64,000 bases of DNA. It comes from Deinococcales bacterium. GTDB taxonomy: Bacteria; Deinococcota; Deinococci; Deinococcales; JAAFIG01. Position numbers and translations under genes: made by a program. Positions 1-10,165 of this stretch are shown one piece after another. Within the stretch, counting starts at the first letter, position 1; the number at the start of each line of letters is the position of its first letter. The notes beneath the pieces were generated by a model, which worked only from the letters and a program-made list of their open reading frames with translations, had not been told where the DNA came from and did no database searches. The stretch lies in contig JANNVX010000098.1 in assembly GCA_031414595.1 (NCBI GenBank), positions 32,001-96,000 on the forward strand. The letters are read 5' to 3'.

Positions 1-1334
1 CTAACAACGATTTGTTGAAGACGAGGACGTTGAAGAAGTATTTCTGGGGATTGGATTGGTTGGGGACTGCTTATGGTATCTAAGCCCTGCACCACCCGCA
101 CTGCCTTCTCGAGCATGATGTCCCGCGCACTGGTCTCGAGCGCATCGTAATCCTCGGGTTGTACAAAATTAGGGGTGACTTTAGGGGGCAAAGCAGCACC
201 GTTTAAGTCCAAAGTGCGAACTGTGGTGATCGTCAGACCACTGCCATCGAGTAAAGGAAAAGTCAGTGTGCCAGTGTTGAGGATGCCGTAAGTTGGTTCG
301 CCAATAATTGCGCCACGTTTAGCACTTTGCAGTAAGGCTGGGGTAATTTCGGCACAACTGGCACTTTGTTTATCCACCAGCACCGCTACATTGCCTGTAA
401 AATTAGCCACTTCAGAGACCGAAGCTCGAGCGCCCGTTGAACCAGTCACCACGCCATTGTTATAGACATATTGCTCACGCTTGGTTTTGCCTTCAAAGAT
501 TACGCCAGTTCGTCCCATCAATGCCCCAGACACACTGAGGCAATTGGTGGCAGCCCCACCCGCGTTACTGCGAAGGTCAAGCACCAGACTTTTTGCGCCG
601 TTTTTAATCGCTTGGTTAATCAGTTTGTGGGTCTGGTCAGCCACTTGCGGTGGTACATAATCTGGAATCCGAATCACTGCCACGCTTAAAGGAACACCGA
701 CTGGTTTTTGCAGACTCGGTAAGCGCGGCACAGTTGCCAGTTTACCTATGGCTTTGATTTCGCGGTTTTGCCCAGCCCGCCGCACGGTCATGCTAAATTC
801 ACGACCACTGCGAACTTCGTCGCGTAACGCCAAACTGCTTTGGTCGTCGCCAACAGGTAAGGGCTTACCGTTCAGTGCCACAATCATGTCGCCTCGAGTT
901 AAACCGACGCTTTCGGCTGCCATATTTGGTGCAACATCGGTGATTAAGCGCCCGTTACTTTTTGTGCGGTAAACACTGACAATCCCCAGAACTGGGAAAC
1001 TTCCACCTTGTCCAGTGCGAGCGCGTTGTGATTCGGTAAATTGGGCGGGATTCTCAAAAAAAGTATGCGGGTCTTCGAGTTGGTCAAGCATTTTAGCGAT
1101 AATCGGATGCGCCACACTGCCCGCACACGCCGAACCAAGACTCGAGCAGGCTTTTTGCAAGTCGCTTCTGCCTGCGGCGAGTACATTATTTAACTTCTCG
1201 AGTGAAAAACCATAGTATTGCTCGAGTAAAAGCGAACTGGTCTGCTCAAAAACCTGTTCCGCCAGACTGTTTCCTTTCGGGGCTGGAGCGCAAGCTGATA
1301 ATGCCAGAAGACCAATCAGAGCCATTCTTTTCAT
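1..1334 (-). CDS. S41 family C-terminal processing peptidase with PDZ domain, lipoprotein; 3' end runs off the window
   Basis: Read manually on the minus strand from ATG at 1334: MKRMALIGLLALSAC lipobox, LEDPHT, PDZ-like GLTRGDMIVALNG, VLDLRSNAGG and SASCAE motifs of S41 peptidases; open to position 1. Confidence 0.88.
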   Translation of the reverse strand, partial: MKRMALIGLLALSACAPAPKGNSLAEQVFEQTSSLLLEQYYGFSLEKLNNVLAAGRSDLQKACSSLGSACAGSVAHPIIAKMLDQLEDPHTFFENPAQFTESQRARTGQGGSFPVLGIVSVYRTKSNGRLITDVAPNMAAESVGLTRGDMIVALNGKPLPVGDDQSSLALRDEVRSGREFSMTVRRAGQNREIKAIGKLATVPRLPSLQKPVGVPLSVAVIRIPDYVPPQVADQTHKLINQAIKNGAKSLVLDLRSNAGGAATNCLSVSGALMGRTGVIFEGKTKREQYVYNNGVVTGSTGARASVSEVANFTGNVAVLVDKQSASCAEITPALLQSAKRGAIIGEPTYGILNTGTLTFPLLDGSGLTITTVRTLDLNGAALPPKVTPNFVQPEDYDALETSARDIMLEKAVRVVQGLDTISSPQPIQSPEILLQRPRLQQIVV

Positions 1335-1385
1335 ACTCGGTAGCCTAGCAGATTTTGTAACGCCACTGGTGCTATTGTAGTTGGT

Positions 1386-2105
1386 ATGTACCAAAAAGAC
1401 CTTCGGGCGCTTGACGCACTCGAGTTACTGCCGCGTGTGATTCATGATGCCGATGAAGTCGTTCCAACTTTTAAGGCACTGAATGCCGAGTTAAGTGGAC
1501 CACTTTGGGCAGAAGCCCCAGCCAATTGGCTGGGCAGGGTCACAGCTAGGGCAGAAGATGCCCTTGGCAGCATTTACCTTGTGCCGCCGTTTAAGATGAA
1601 ACGCTTGATGCCCTTAATGCGCCAAATGCAGGAATACGGTGTGATTGCCGCAGGGATTGACTTTGCAATGCTCGAGAATGCCGCCGAGACCCGCCCACGT
1701 AGCGCCGCCGAATTGGGCGAACTGAAAGCCGCCGCCGGCGTGCCTTTTGTGATTGCGGGAATCCTTGACCCACGCGATGCTGAATTGGTAGCCGAAGCGG
1801 GGGCAGATGCGATTATTGGTTGCTCGAGCCTGAGCAGTATTATTGGTGGTCCGAGTCTGCCAAGTTTGGTGGCTGACATCCGCGATGCCATCGGCGACAC
1901 GCTGCTTTTTGCTCGCGGCGGTTTACGCAGTGGTTCGGATGTGTTGCGCTACATTGCGCTTGGTGCGGATGCAGTGGTTGTCCCCGGTAGCCTCAATCCA
2001 CACCGGATTCTCGAGGAGTTTGTGCAAGGAATGCGCTGGAGTGGCTGCTCGAGCCTCGCTGAAATCAATTACGACCTGATTTTTCAACCGATGTTTACCG
2101 ATTGA
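1386..2105 (+). CDS. FMN-dependent alpha-hydroxy-acid dehydrogenase-like protein (short, divergent)
   Basis: LLPRV at the N-terminus, GILDPRDAELVAEAGADAII, GGLRSGSDVLRYIALGADAV FMN-binding TIM-barrel motifs. Confidence 0.7.
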   Translation: MYQKDLRALDALELLPRVIHDADEVVPTFKALNAELSGPLWAEAPANWLGRVTARAEDALGSIYLVPPFKMKRLMPLMRQMQEYGVIAAGIDFAMLENAAETRPRSAAELGELKAAAGVPFVIAGILDPRDAELVAEAGADAIIGCSSLSSIIGGPSLPSLVADIRDAIGDTLLFARGGLRSGSDVLRYIALGADAVVVPGSLNPHRILEEFVQGMRWSGCSSLAEINYDLIFQPMFTD

Positions 2106-2269
2106 GTTGCAGATTTTGACTTTATCGTTTTTTCTGATAACACCGTAATTGCACCTGACTTGTATGTGACGTGAGTTTTCACCCAAGATATTGTATGCTG
2201 CATCCTACAGGGGGTAAACCTTTCTTAGTGCATAAGGGTGAATCTTCCTCATCACAAATGGTATTTTGA

Positions 2270-4036
2270 ATGCAGACTTTTTCCCAATATGCCGCAACTC
2301 GTTTGCTGCTTGAGCATCCGGCTCGAGCGCAAGTCTTTGGTGGCATTGCCTTAAAAACAGGTAACATCCAAACTTTTGCAGGTATTGATTTGATTACTGG
2401 GATGCCAGTCTTTATTTACACCATGCCCGAAAAACCCAGTGCGATTGCCGAGGTCTACAGCGAGCATATTCCCAGTGTTCTTGAAATCGGCTTTGAGCAT
2501 GAGCTTGGTTTTGTGATTACCAGCAGCGCCCCGGGCTACAACCCAATTAAACCCATTTTGACCAAACAACGTCTTGAATGGTTGGTTCGTGCCAGCAGTC
2601 GCGCCTTAGCCGATGCCCACAGCGTTGGGCTAACCCATGGCAATCTTGAACCAAGTCATTTTTTTGCTTGCGGCGACCATCTGTTGATCGAGGGTTGGGG
2701 TTTACCTTGGGGTAAAGCCAATCCCGATTATCAAGCCCCAGAAACCAACATCAGTCTTGCTACTGACATGTTTGCTTGGGCAAGAAGCATCACCATGTTT
2801 GGCAAAGGCAAACCGCGTTTAATGCTCGAGGGTGAATTTGGGCGTTTAATTGGTCATTGCCTGAACCCACGTCCAAGCGAGCGTCCAACTGCCCAAGAAT
2901 TGGTTTTGGCACTCGAGCAAGTGCTGCCACCACGCCAACCAACCCATCCAGACATTGTAGAAACTGCCTTGGAATTATCAGCCACCGAATTCTTAGAAAC
3001 CGAAACCAACACCAGCAATCCAATTAAGCGCACCAAAGCCCTGAAAATTCCCGAAAAAGTGCTACCTCAAGCCGAACCAAGTCTTAAGCCCAGCAAGCCA
3101 GAATTACCAACGCTCCATGTCCCAGAGTTGCCAACGCTCCATGTCCCAGAATTACCACAACCAGAGCGCACGCCCGAAGCGGTTTTTGTGCAAACCAGCC
3201 CAGAACACGAATCAGATTTGGATTCCCCAGAAGCCAAATTAGACGCTATTGAAGCCGAACTATCCTTAAAAACAACCGAGCCTGAATGGGTCAAACCAGA
3301 ACTTGAGTCTCAGCCCGAACCAGAACCAAAACTCGAGCCACAACCAGAACTCGAGCCACAACCACAACCAGAACTCCAGCCCGAACCAGAAGAAGCCCAA
3401 GCCCTCGAGCCAGCCCGAACCGAATTACCACTAGAACTCGAGCCTAAAGCCAACCTAAGCCACCCAGAAATACCAGCCCAACTCAGTGAACCCGAACACC
3501 TCGCGGCTGACGAACCCGATGTCCAACTGCCAATTCGTCCCTCGAGCCGTATCAATGATGATTCTGACGCAGATGCACCACGCCCAGCCATTCGTATTGG
3601 TTTTGATGAAGAAGACCAAAGTTGGCGCAGTGTCGTCACACCCAAAAAATCACCACCCAAAGTAGGGCGTTTGATTATTATCGCAGTGCTTATTGGGGCT
3701 TTAATTGTGATTGGTGGCATTCTGCTCAGTCAACCCAGACCTCCAAATAATCCCAATCCGCAGCCTTTAGCGGTTCAAGGCGACACTTCAAGTGGCAGTG
3801 TGGTGCAATTTGTGATACCGGGTAACACCACCATTAAAGGGCGTTTGATTATTGTTAGCGCCCCCCAAGAAAGCCAACTGGCAGTTGGGGCATTGCTGGC
3901 AACTGTGCCGGGTCCTGTAGCCTTTCCAGTGGCTGGAGAATACAAAGTTCGGATTGAAATACCAAAGTACGCCCCAAGCGAAGTGCTGGTGCGCGTACCT
4001 CAAGAAACCCAAGTCACCCTTGAATTACCACGTTAG
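2270..4036 (+). CDS. Membrane-anchored Ser/Thr kinase-like protein (probable pseudokinase) with Pro/Glu-rich linker
   Basis: HGNLEPSHF, YQAPE, DMFAW, CLNPRPSERPTA kinase-fold motifs; P/E-rich linker; TM helix LIIIAVLIGALIVIGGILL. Confidence 0.7.
   Translation: MQTFSQYAATRLLLEHPARAQVFGGIALKTGNIQTFAGIDLITGMPVFIYTMPEKPSAIAEVYSEHIPSVLEIGFEHELGFVITSSAPGYNPIKPILTKQRLEWLVRASSRALADAHSVGLTHGNLEPSHFFACGDHLLIEGWGLPWGKANPDYQAPETNISLATDMFAWARSITMFGKGKPRLMLEGEFGRLIGHCLNPRPSERPTAQELVLALEQVLPPRQPTHPDIVETALELSATEFLETETNTSNPIKRTKALKIPEKVLPQAEPSLKPSKPELPTLHVPELPTLHVPELPQPERTPEAVFVQTSPEHESDLDSPEAKLDAIEAELSLKTTEPEWVKPELESQPEPEPKLEPQPELEPQPQPELQPEPEEAQALEPARTELPLELEPKANLSHPEIPAQLSEPEHLAADEPDVQLPIRPSSRINDDSDADAPRPAIRIGFDEEDQSWRSVVTPKKSPPKVGRLIIIAVLIGALIVIGGILLSQPRPPNNPNPQPLAVQGDTSSGSVVQFVIPGNTTIKGRLIIVSAPQESQLAVGALLATVPGPVAFPVAGEYKVRIEIPKYAPSEVLVRVPQETQVTLELPR
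3098..3390 (+). repeat. Intragenic tandem repeats (24-bp PELPTLHV x2.5; about 18-bp EPQPEL-type units)
   Basis: ccagaattaccaacgctccatgtc / ccagagttgccaacgctccatgtc / ccagaattacca at 3098-3157; ctcgagccacaaccagaa-type units at about 3311-3390. Confidence 0.8.
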
Positions 4037-4054
4037 GCTCGAGTGGGCTAAGAT

Positions 4055-4663
4055 TTACTCGAGACTGTTTAAGGATTCAACCAATTGATAGACCAAAGTC
4101 ACAGGATTATGTTCGGCGGGTGAATTGGAGACATGGTTCTGCTCGAGTTTTTTAGCGTTTCTAATGGCGATACTTTGTAAAGATAAAAGTGTTCCGTACA
4201 TATTGAGATCGTTTTTTTGATACTCAGTTCCAAGGTATTTGCTCAGTTCTTTTTTGTAACTTGTACGTGATGAAGGGGTATCGGAATACCGAAAATGCAA
4301 AAGATACCAAAGTTCAAATGCCTCGTTGCTGTAGGCAACCTTGATGTTTTTGGCTCGAGCTTTTTGAATAGCGGTATTAAATTGCTCAGATGTAAAACTA
4401 TCCTTATCAAATACGCACCAAGCCTCGTCATACACGGCATAATCATCTAATTTACACAATCTGGCAGCATATTCGACAATACTTTTGGTATTCATACCTG
4501 TCCCTAAAACCAGAAACTCTTCTACTCTTGCACCTCTGCGAAAAGCCTCAAAATAGTTTTTTTCTGTTTTTTCACCTTCACAAAAGATTAAATACGTTGT
4601 TCTTGTTGACTTAAAGGGTTCTTTGCGCCCTCGAGAAAATTTGGCTTTTGCGTGTCGAGCCAT
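4055..4663 (-). CDS. rloB: RloB family protein
   Basis: IFCEGEKTEKNYF, WCVFDKD, SNEAFELWYLLHF and NP.T.V..LV motifs; directly downstream of an AAA ATPase. Confidence 0.85.
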   Translation of the reverse strand: MARHAKAKFSRGRKEPFKSTRTTYLIFCEGEKTEKNYFEAFRRGARVEEFLVLGTGMNTKSIVEYAARLCKLDDYAVYDEAWCVFDKDSFTSEQFNTAIQKARAKNIKVAYSNEAFELWYLLHFRYSDTPSSRTSYKKELSKYLGTEYQKNDLNMYGTLLSLQSIAIRNAKKLEQNHVSNSPAEHNPVTLVYQLVESLNSLE

Positions 4664-4664
4664 A

Positions 4665-5951
4665 TCAGAACCTCAAATTCCCAAGGTATGGAATTGCTCC
4701 GTATTTACCAATCAGATAGTTTTTTTCGTACAACTCGTCGGTACGGACATTTTTACCTTGAGGCTTGAAATCATAAAGCGAATACATCTGGGTTGCGCCC
4801 AATTTATCTTTTTCGGCAAACCAAATTTGGTCACGCCTAAACAACTCTGAGGTCAGCAAATTCGTATCATGAGTTGTAAAAATAAGCTGTGAGCAATGTC
4901 CAGAACCAGTGTTCGAGTGAAACATTTTAATAAGTGCAGTTGTTAGTAAGGGGTGGAGTTTTGCGTCAAGTTCATCAATAATAAAAATCCTTTGATTTTC
5001 TAAGCCCTCGAGAAAAGCAGGAGCAAAATTAAATAATTTTTTTGTTCCTTCAGATTCATATTCGGATAAGTCAACCATCTCAGAACCAATTAAGTTACCA
5101 TCCGATGAAAATTTGTTGTGTTGCGTAATTGCCTGATAAATTGGTAAGTCTTTGACTCCCCCACGCATTTCACGTGGGAATCCACTAAAAAATATGCGAT
5201 CTCTGCGTTCTGAATCCAACCTTATTTCCACAGTAATATCCTGAATTGAAAGGTCTAATTCCTTTATAAAATCACTCACTTTTTTTCTTACTGCTTCATC
5301 TGTGATTGCTTGAGCGGCTAATAAACTTTGGGCTTGGTCAGCAGTGCCATCTAAAATTTGAATGCCCCTAAACCAATTGATAATGAGTCTCGAGATTTCT
5401 CCGTTAAATTGTGCAACTGTTGCCAAGAATAAGGCATTTTCTCGAGTCTTATCTGCTATATTTTCGCCTTCAGTGAATTTCTTTTTAATGTCGAATTTCA
5501 GTTCATTTCTCTCAAATAAGCAATTTTCTCTTGAAGCGCTTTTGACATAAAGCCATTCTTCAATCACTTTTTTGTTGGTAACGCTAAAGCCATAGCGATA
5601 AGTATTCTTGTCCGACGCAAAAAAAATAATTTCAAACGATGATGGTCTTTCCCCAAAACCTTCAATAAAACGAAATGTTGAGACATCAATGTTGTCGCCT
5701 ATTTGCATTGCCGAGGAACGCAAAACAAAATTTCGCATAAAACGAAGCGCTTGTACAAAATTGCTTTTTCCGCTTGCATTTGCGCCGTATAAAATAGCAG
5801 ATTTTAGTAATTTTGTGTTTGGTATCTCAAACTGATTTTCAATATCAACAGACATTTTTTTAGCCCGTTTTGAGGTGGGGGCTGCTTCCATTGAAAAATT
5901 GATTTCATTGGCAATGGAACGAAAATTACCAACAGTAAATTGAATGAGCAT
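4665..5951 (-). CDS. RloA-like AAA_21 ATPase (abortive infection / defence type)
   Basis: NFRSI, GANASGKSN Walker A, ESEGTKK signature, IDELDAKLHP Walker B, QLIFTTHD, RRDQIWF, YLIGKYGAIP; AT-rich. Confidence 0.88.
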   Translation of the reverse strand: MLIQFTVGNFRSIANEINFSMEAAPTSKRAKKMSVDIENQFEIPNTKLLKSAILYGANASGKSNFVQALRFMRNFVLRSSAMQIGDNIDVSTFRFIEGFGERPSSFEIIFFASDKNTYRYGFSVTNKKVIEEWLYVKSASRENCLFERNELKFDIKKKFTEGENIADKTRENALFLATVAQFNGEISRLIINWFRGIQILDGTADQAQSLLAAQAITDEAVRKKVSDFIKELDLSIQDITVEIRLDSERRDRIFFSGFPREMRGGVKDLPIYQAITQHNKFSSDGNLIGSEMVDLSEYESEGTKKLFNFAPAFLEGLENQRIFIIDELDAKLHPLLTTALIKMFHSNTGSGHCSQLIFTTHDTNLLTSELFRRDQIWFAEKDKLGATQMYSLYDFKPQGKNVRTDELYEKNYLIGKYGAIPYLGNLRF

Positions 5952-6075
5952 AATTTCACCTACTTAATCGAGTTTTTGGTGAAATTTTCACCAAAAACAG
6001 TGTATCATAATTTTGGCATCATATATGCGCTTGAAGTTTGCAAATGTCAAAGCATGGTTGTCTTATACTGAACCG

Positions 6076-6453
6076 ATGATTGAATTCTTTGACCCACCAG
6101 AAACTGGCTCGAGCCGTCCTTTTAGTCGTGCCACTCGAGCCGCCGGGCTGGTGTTTGTCTCTGGTCAGGCAGCCCCTCATGACCTTGCCCTAGGCATTGA
6201 CCGTGGCGCAACTGCCACCGACGAAGTGCGTAACGCCCTAGAACTGCTTAAACAAATTCTCATCAAAGCTGGATCAAAACTCGAGCAAGTGGTGCAGGTC
6301 ACAATGCTGCTGACCAACCCAGATGATTACGAGGAGTGCAACCAAGAGTACGTCAAACATTTTCCTGCTGGTTTACCAGCCCGTCATACGGTTCGCTTTG
6401 GTGTGCCAACTCAGGCACGGGTTGCTTTTTCTTGTATTGCGGTTGCGGATTGA
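6076..6453 (+). CDS. RidA/YjgF family enamine/imine deaminase
   Basis: PFSRA, LVFVSGQ, PARH motif; TATACT 6 nt upstream of ATG 6076 supports this start. Confidence 0.85.
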   Translation: MIEFFDPPETGSSRPFSRATRAAGLVFVSGQAAPHDLALGIDRGATATDEVRNALELLKQILIKAGSKLEQVVQVTMLLTNPDDYEECNQEYVKHFPAGLPARHTVRFGVPTQARVAFSCIAVAD

Positions 6454-6511
6454 GTACAGTTTTCTACCCTCCCAATTGTTATACTAAACTCCCAATCTTT
6501 GAGGTCTGCTG

Positions 6512-7342
6512 ATGAGTGTCTTACCGCGTTTGAATCGTTTACTGGCTGCCGATGGCAAGTGCTTTGATGTGGCGATTGACCACGGTTTTTTTGGTGAGCT
6601 TAGTTTTTTGCCCAGTATCGAAAATATGCAAAAAGCGGTGCAAACGGTGGTTGGGGCTGCGCCAGATGTGGTGCAACTGAGCCTTGGTCAAGCGCGGCAT
6701 TTACAGCATATCAAAGGCTCAAAAAAACCTGCGCTGGCACTGCGAACCGATGTGGCTAATGTCTACGGCTCGAGTTTGCCGAGTCTGCTTTTTTCGGAAA
6801 TTATCGAATCGCCACTCGAGCAGGCGCTGCGTTTAGATGCAGCCTGTATTGTGGTGAATTTGTTGATGCTGCCAAATCAACCCGAGTTGCACCGTGCCTG
6901 TATCAAAAATATTTTGCGCTTAAAACCAGAAGCCGAACGTTTTGGAATGCCTCTGATGATTGAACCGCTTGTGATGCAGGACAACAGCTTAAAAGGTGGC
7001 TACATGGTGGATGGAACACTCGAGAAGATTCTGCCACTGGTGCGTCAGGCAGTTGAGCTTGGGGCGGACATCATCAAAGCCGACCCCTGCGATAACATCC
7101 TCGAGTATCATAAAGTGATTGAAATGGCTGGCGGGATTCCGGTCTTGGTGCGTGGTGGTGGAAAAGTCCCCGATACAGTCATTCTCGAGCGAACTTACGG
7201 GCTAATACAGCAAGGCGCTTCGGGGATTGTGTACGGGCGCAATGTGATTCAGCACCTAAATCCTGCGGGAATTACACGGGCGTTAATGGCTGTGGTGCAT
7301 GATGGGGCAACACCGAGCATGGCTTTGGAGATGATGGTGTGA
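6512..7342 (+). CDS. Class I fructose-bisphosphate aldolase family (DhnA/LsrF-like)
   Basis: VAIDHG, ELGADIIKA Schiff-base Lys, PVLVRGG, GIVYGRNV. Confidence 0.85.
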   Translation: MSVLPRLNRLLAADGKCFDVAIDHGFFGELSFLPSIENMQKAVQTVVGAAPDVVQLSLGQARHLQHIKGSKKPALALRTDVANVYGSSLPSLLFSEIIESPLEQALRLDAACIVVNLLMLPNQPELHRACIKNILRLKPEAERFGMPLMIEPLVMQDNSLKGGYMVDGTLEKILPLVRQAVELGADIIKADPCDNILEYHKVIEMAGGIPVLVRGGGKVPDTVILERTYGLIQQGASGIVYGRNVIQHLNPAGITRALMAVVHDGATPSMALEMMV

Positions 7343-8469
7343 AAACCCTGCGTTTTGGAATTATCGGTTGTGGCTTAATGGGGCGCGAATTTGCTACGGC
7401 GGCGGCTCGTTGGGCGCATCTGCTAAATATGAAGGTTAAACCCGAAATCGTGGCGGTCTGCGACTCAAACCCAAACTTGATGGACTGGTTTAGTGATCAT
7501 TTTTCTGGTGTACAGCAAGTCAGCACCGACTACAAGGATTTACTCGAGAATCCAAATATAGATGCGATTTATTGTGCTGTGCCGCATAATCTGCACGGTG
7601 CGTTGTACCAGCAGATTATTAAAAGTGGTAAGCATTTATTAGGCGAAAAACCTTTTGGGATTGACCAAGCTGACAACACCGCGATTCTTGAAGCCATGCA
7701 AGCCAATCCAGATGTTTTGGTGCGTTGCTCGAGTGAGTTTGTGTTTTATCCAGCCGTACAAAAAATTGTTCAGTTGGCACAAGAAAACCGCTTTGGGCGG
7801 ATTCTCGAGGTCGAAGCTGGTTTTTGGCACAGTTCAGACCTTGACCCAAACAAAGCCATCAATTGGAAACGCATGGTTGCGATCAACGGCGAGTATGGTG
7901 TGATGGGCGACCTTGGTTTTCATGTGCTGCACCTTCCGGCGCGGCTTGGTTGGATTCCCAAAGATGTTCGAGCGGTTCTAAGTAACATCATCACCACGCG
8001 CCCAGACGCAAAAGGCAATACTGTACCCTGCGAGACTTGGGACAACGCCCATTTACTAACTCGAGTCGAAATGCCAGATTACGAATTTCCAATGCAGTTA
8101 AGCATGAAACGGATTGCGCCGGGTGAAACCAACACTTGGTTTATTCGGGTCATGGGAACAAATTTAAGTGCTGAATTTAGCACCAAACACCCAAAGACAC
8201 TGCGTACCTTACCGTATTCGACTGGTCAGGCTCAGGCTTGGCACGAACTCGATTTGGGTTACGAGGGTGCGTACCCGACAATCACTGGGCATATTTTTGA
8301 ATTTGGTTTTACCGACTCAATTTTACAAATGTGGGCGGCTTTTTGCGACGAAGCCATTGGGCAGACACCGCGTTTTCAGTGTGCTACACCCGAAGAAACC
8401 GCGCTCAGTCACCGGTTGTTCACGGCGGCGATTAAAAGCCAAAACACTGGGCAAACGGTTTTTTTATGA
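7339..8469 (+). CDS. Gfo/Idh/MocA family oxidoreductase
   Basis: GIIGCGLMG Rossmann motif, KHLLGEKP, GVMGDLGFH. Confidence 0.88.
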   Translation: MKTLRFGIIGCGLMGREFATAAARWAHLLNMKVKPEIVAVCDSNPNLMDWFSDHFSGVQQVSTDYKDLLENPNIDAIYCAVPHNLHGALYQQIIKSGKHLLGEKPFGIDQADNTAILEAMQANPDVLVRCSSEFVFYPAVQKIVQLAQENRFGRILEVEAGFWHSSDLDPNKAINWKRMVAINGEYGVMGDLGFHVLHLPARLGWIPKDVRAVLSNIITTRPDAKGNTVPCETWDNAHLLTRVEMPDYEFPMQLSMKRIAPGETNTWFIRVMGTNLSAEFSTKHPKTLRTLPYSTGQAQAWHELDLGYEGAYPTITGHIFEFGFTDSILQMWAAFCDEAIGQTPRFQCATPEETALSHRLFTAAIKSQNTGQTVFL

Positions 8470-9443
8470 TTCAAGTTATCAGCATGGGTATTGTGGTCGC
8501 CGATTGTGTGGCGCAACCCGTGGTACGTCCACCACAAGCGGGGCGGCTCGAGTTGGTACAAAACATTGGGCTGTTTTCGGGTGGTTCTGCCGCCAGCACA
8601 GGCTACAGTCTGGCTCGTTTTGGGATTCAGGCAGCGGTGATTGGCAGAGTTGGCAACGATGGTTTTGCCGATTTTTTGTTAAATGAAGCCAAGCGCCACG
8701 GCGCAGATTCAAGCGGCATGATTCGGGACAAGACCAGTGCAACCTCGGCAACTTTAGTGACCGTAGATTCCGAGGGCGAGCGTACTTTCCTGCATTCAAT
8801 CGGTGCAAATGCCAATCTAAGTGCTTTGGATGTGCCTCTCGAGAACCTAAAAAATCAAGGCGCAAGGCTTTTGCATCTGGCGGGTTTTTTTGCGCTTCCC
8901 AGTTTAGAAGGAACAGATGGCACTCCAACCCAAGAGCTATTTGCTCGAGCCACCGCATTAGGGTACATCACCTCATTAGATTGTGTTTGGGATGCCACAG
9001 GGCGTTGGCGACAACTGATGGCTAAAGTGCTGCCGCAAACCGATATTTTCTGCCCCAGTATTGACGAAGCCCGTGCAATTGTGGGCTTAGCTCAAAATAC
9101 CTCGCCGCTAGAAGTTGCCCAAGGTCTGTTTGAGCTTGGGGTGCGCCGCGTGGTGTCCTTAAAAATGGGTCAACAAGGCTCATTTATTTTAACTCGAGAT
9201 GGTCAAGCAGACCTGATTCCAATTGTTCCAACCACTGTTTTGGACGGTACTGGCTCTGGGGATGCGTTTATCGCTGGGTTTTTAGCCGCCTACTTACGCG
9301 GCGAGGACTGGCTGACTTGTGGGCGCATCGGCAATGTGGCAGGGGCAATGTGTGTGCGTGGCGTGGGAGCAATGACGGGTATGGGCGACTGGCAAGAAGC
9401 CCTCGAGATGGCAAGGTATTTTCAGACCAGTAACACGAGATAA
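8466..9443 (+). CDS. PfkB family carbohydrate kinase
   Basis: GGSAA, GRVGNDGFA, DGTGSGDAFIAGF PfkB signatures. Confidence 0.9.
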   Translation: MIQVISMGIVVADCVAQPVVRPPQAGRLELVQNIGLFSGGSAASTGYSLARFGIQAAVIGRVGNDGFADFLLNEAKRHGADSSGMIRDKTSATSATLVTVDSEGERTFLHSIGANANLSALDVPLENLKNQGARLLHLAGFFALPSLEGTDGTPTQELFARATALGYITSLDCVWDATGRWRQLMAKVLPQTDIFCPSIDEARAIVGLAQNTSPLEVAQGLFELGVRRVVSLKMGQQGSFILTRDGQADLIPIVPTTVLDGTGSGDAFIAGFLAAYLRGEDWLTCGRIGNVAGAMCVRGVGAMTGMGDWQEALEMARYFQTSNTR

Positions 9444-9464
9444 ATTGTAACCAGTATGTCAGGC

Positions 9465-9809
9465 TCATGCTTTGACCTTCTTTTTGACTTGGCGATTGGC
9501 GGCAGCCACTGCGCCCATGATCCAAGGCTGTAGTGCCTCCCAATCCTCGAGGATGTCTTCTGGGGCGCGGTAATAACTCATGCTAATACTTTTGTGAGCG
9601 GTTTGGTAAGTGAACGGCTCGAGGTTGGCGTTTTTGAACATACCAATGTTTTCGGTGTCGGTTTTTAAGTACAGCACATCCTCGGCAATTAAACCAATCA
9701 TGCGGTCTTGGGTGTACACCCCCCAACCGCCGAACATGCTTTTGCAACGCGCTTTGATTGGGGTTAGGGTTTCTTCGATGAATTGCACAAAAGCGGGTTT
9801 GGTTTTCAT
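9465..9809 (-). CDS. TfoX/Sxy N-terminal domain protein
   Basis: KSMFGGWGVY, LYLKTD, PFTY...MSYY motifs. Confidence 0.85.
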   Translation of the reverse strand: MKTKPAFVQFIEETLTPIKARCKSMFGGWGVYTQDRMIGLIAEDVLYLKTDTENIGMFKNANLEPFTYQTAHKSISMSYYRAPEDILEDWEALQPWIMGAVAAANRQVKKKVKA

Positions 9810-10165
9810 GTTAGCCCAGCTTCTTTGAATTTCTCAAAACCCTTGGCAGTTAAGTTCTCGAGTTCGGCTTGTACATCTGGCTCAGGTTTTTTGAAGTTAA
9901 AGCAGGATTTTCCCTGCATTCGTTTTTTTAGGGCTTCTGAGATGCCCTCGAGTAATTCTGGGTAAACATAAACCGCCATCAGGTGATACGAAACATAATT
10001 TTTTTTGATTTGTACACTGCCAAAGAAACTTTGGTAGCCATCTTTTCGGGTTTGATGAAAATTGAGGTAATAGTATTCGGGTTGGTCATGAATCAAGACC
10101 AGTTCAGCTTGGTACTTTTGCAAAATTGTTTTGAGGCTTTGGAAAACACTTTGAAAATCGTCCAT
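9806..10165 (-). CDS. Conserved hypothetical protein (DUF1801-like)
   Basis: KKNYVSYHLM and RMQGKSCFNF motifs; RBS upstream; ATGA-type overlap with the TfoX gene. Confidence 0.6.
   Translation of the reverse strand: MDDFQSVFQSLKTILQKYQAELVLIHDQPEYYYLNFHQTRKDGYQSFFGSVQIKKNYVSYHLMAVYVYPELLEGISEALKKRMQGKSCFNFKKPEPDVQAELENLTAKGFEKFKEAGLT

Noticed and set aside
471-1215. Short plus-strand ORFs at the window start
   Set aside because: Antisense to the S41 peptidase, which the ORF track missed because it runs off the edge
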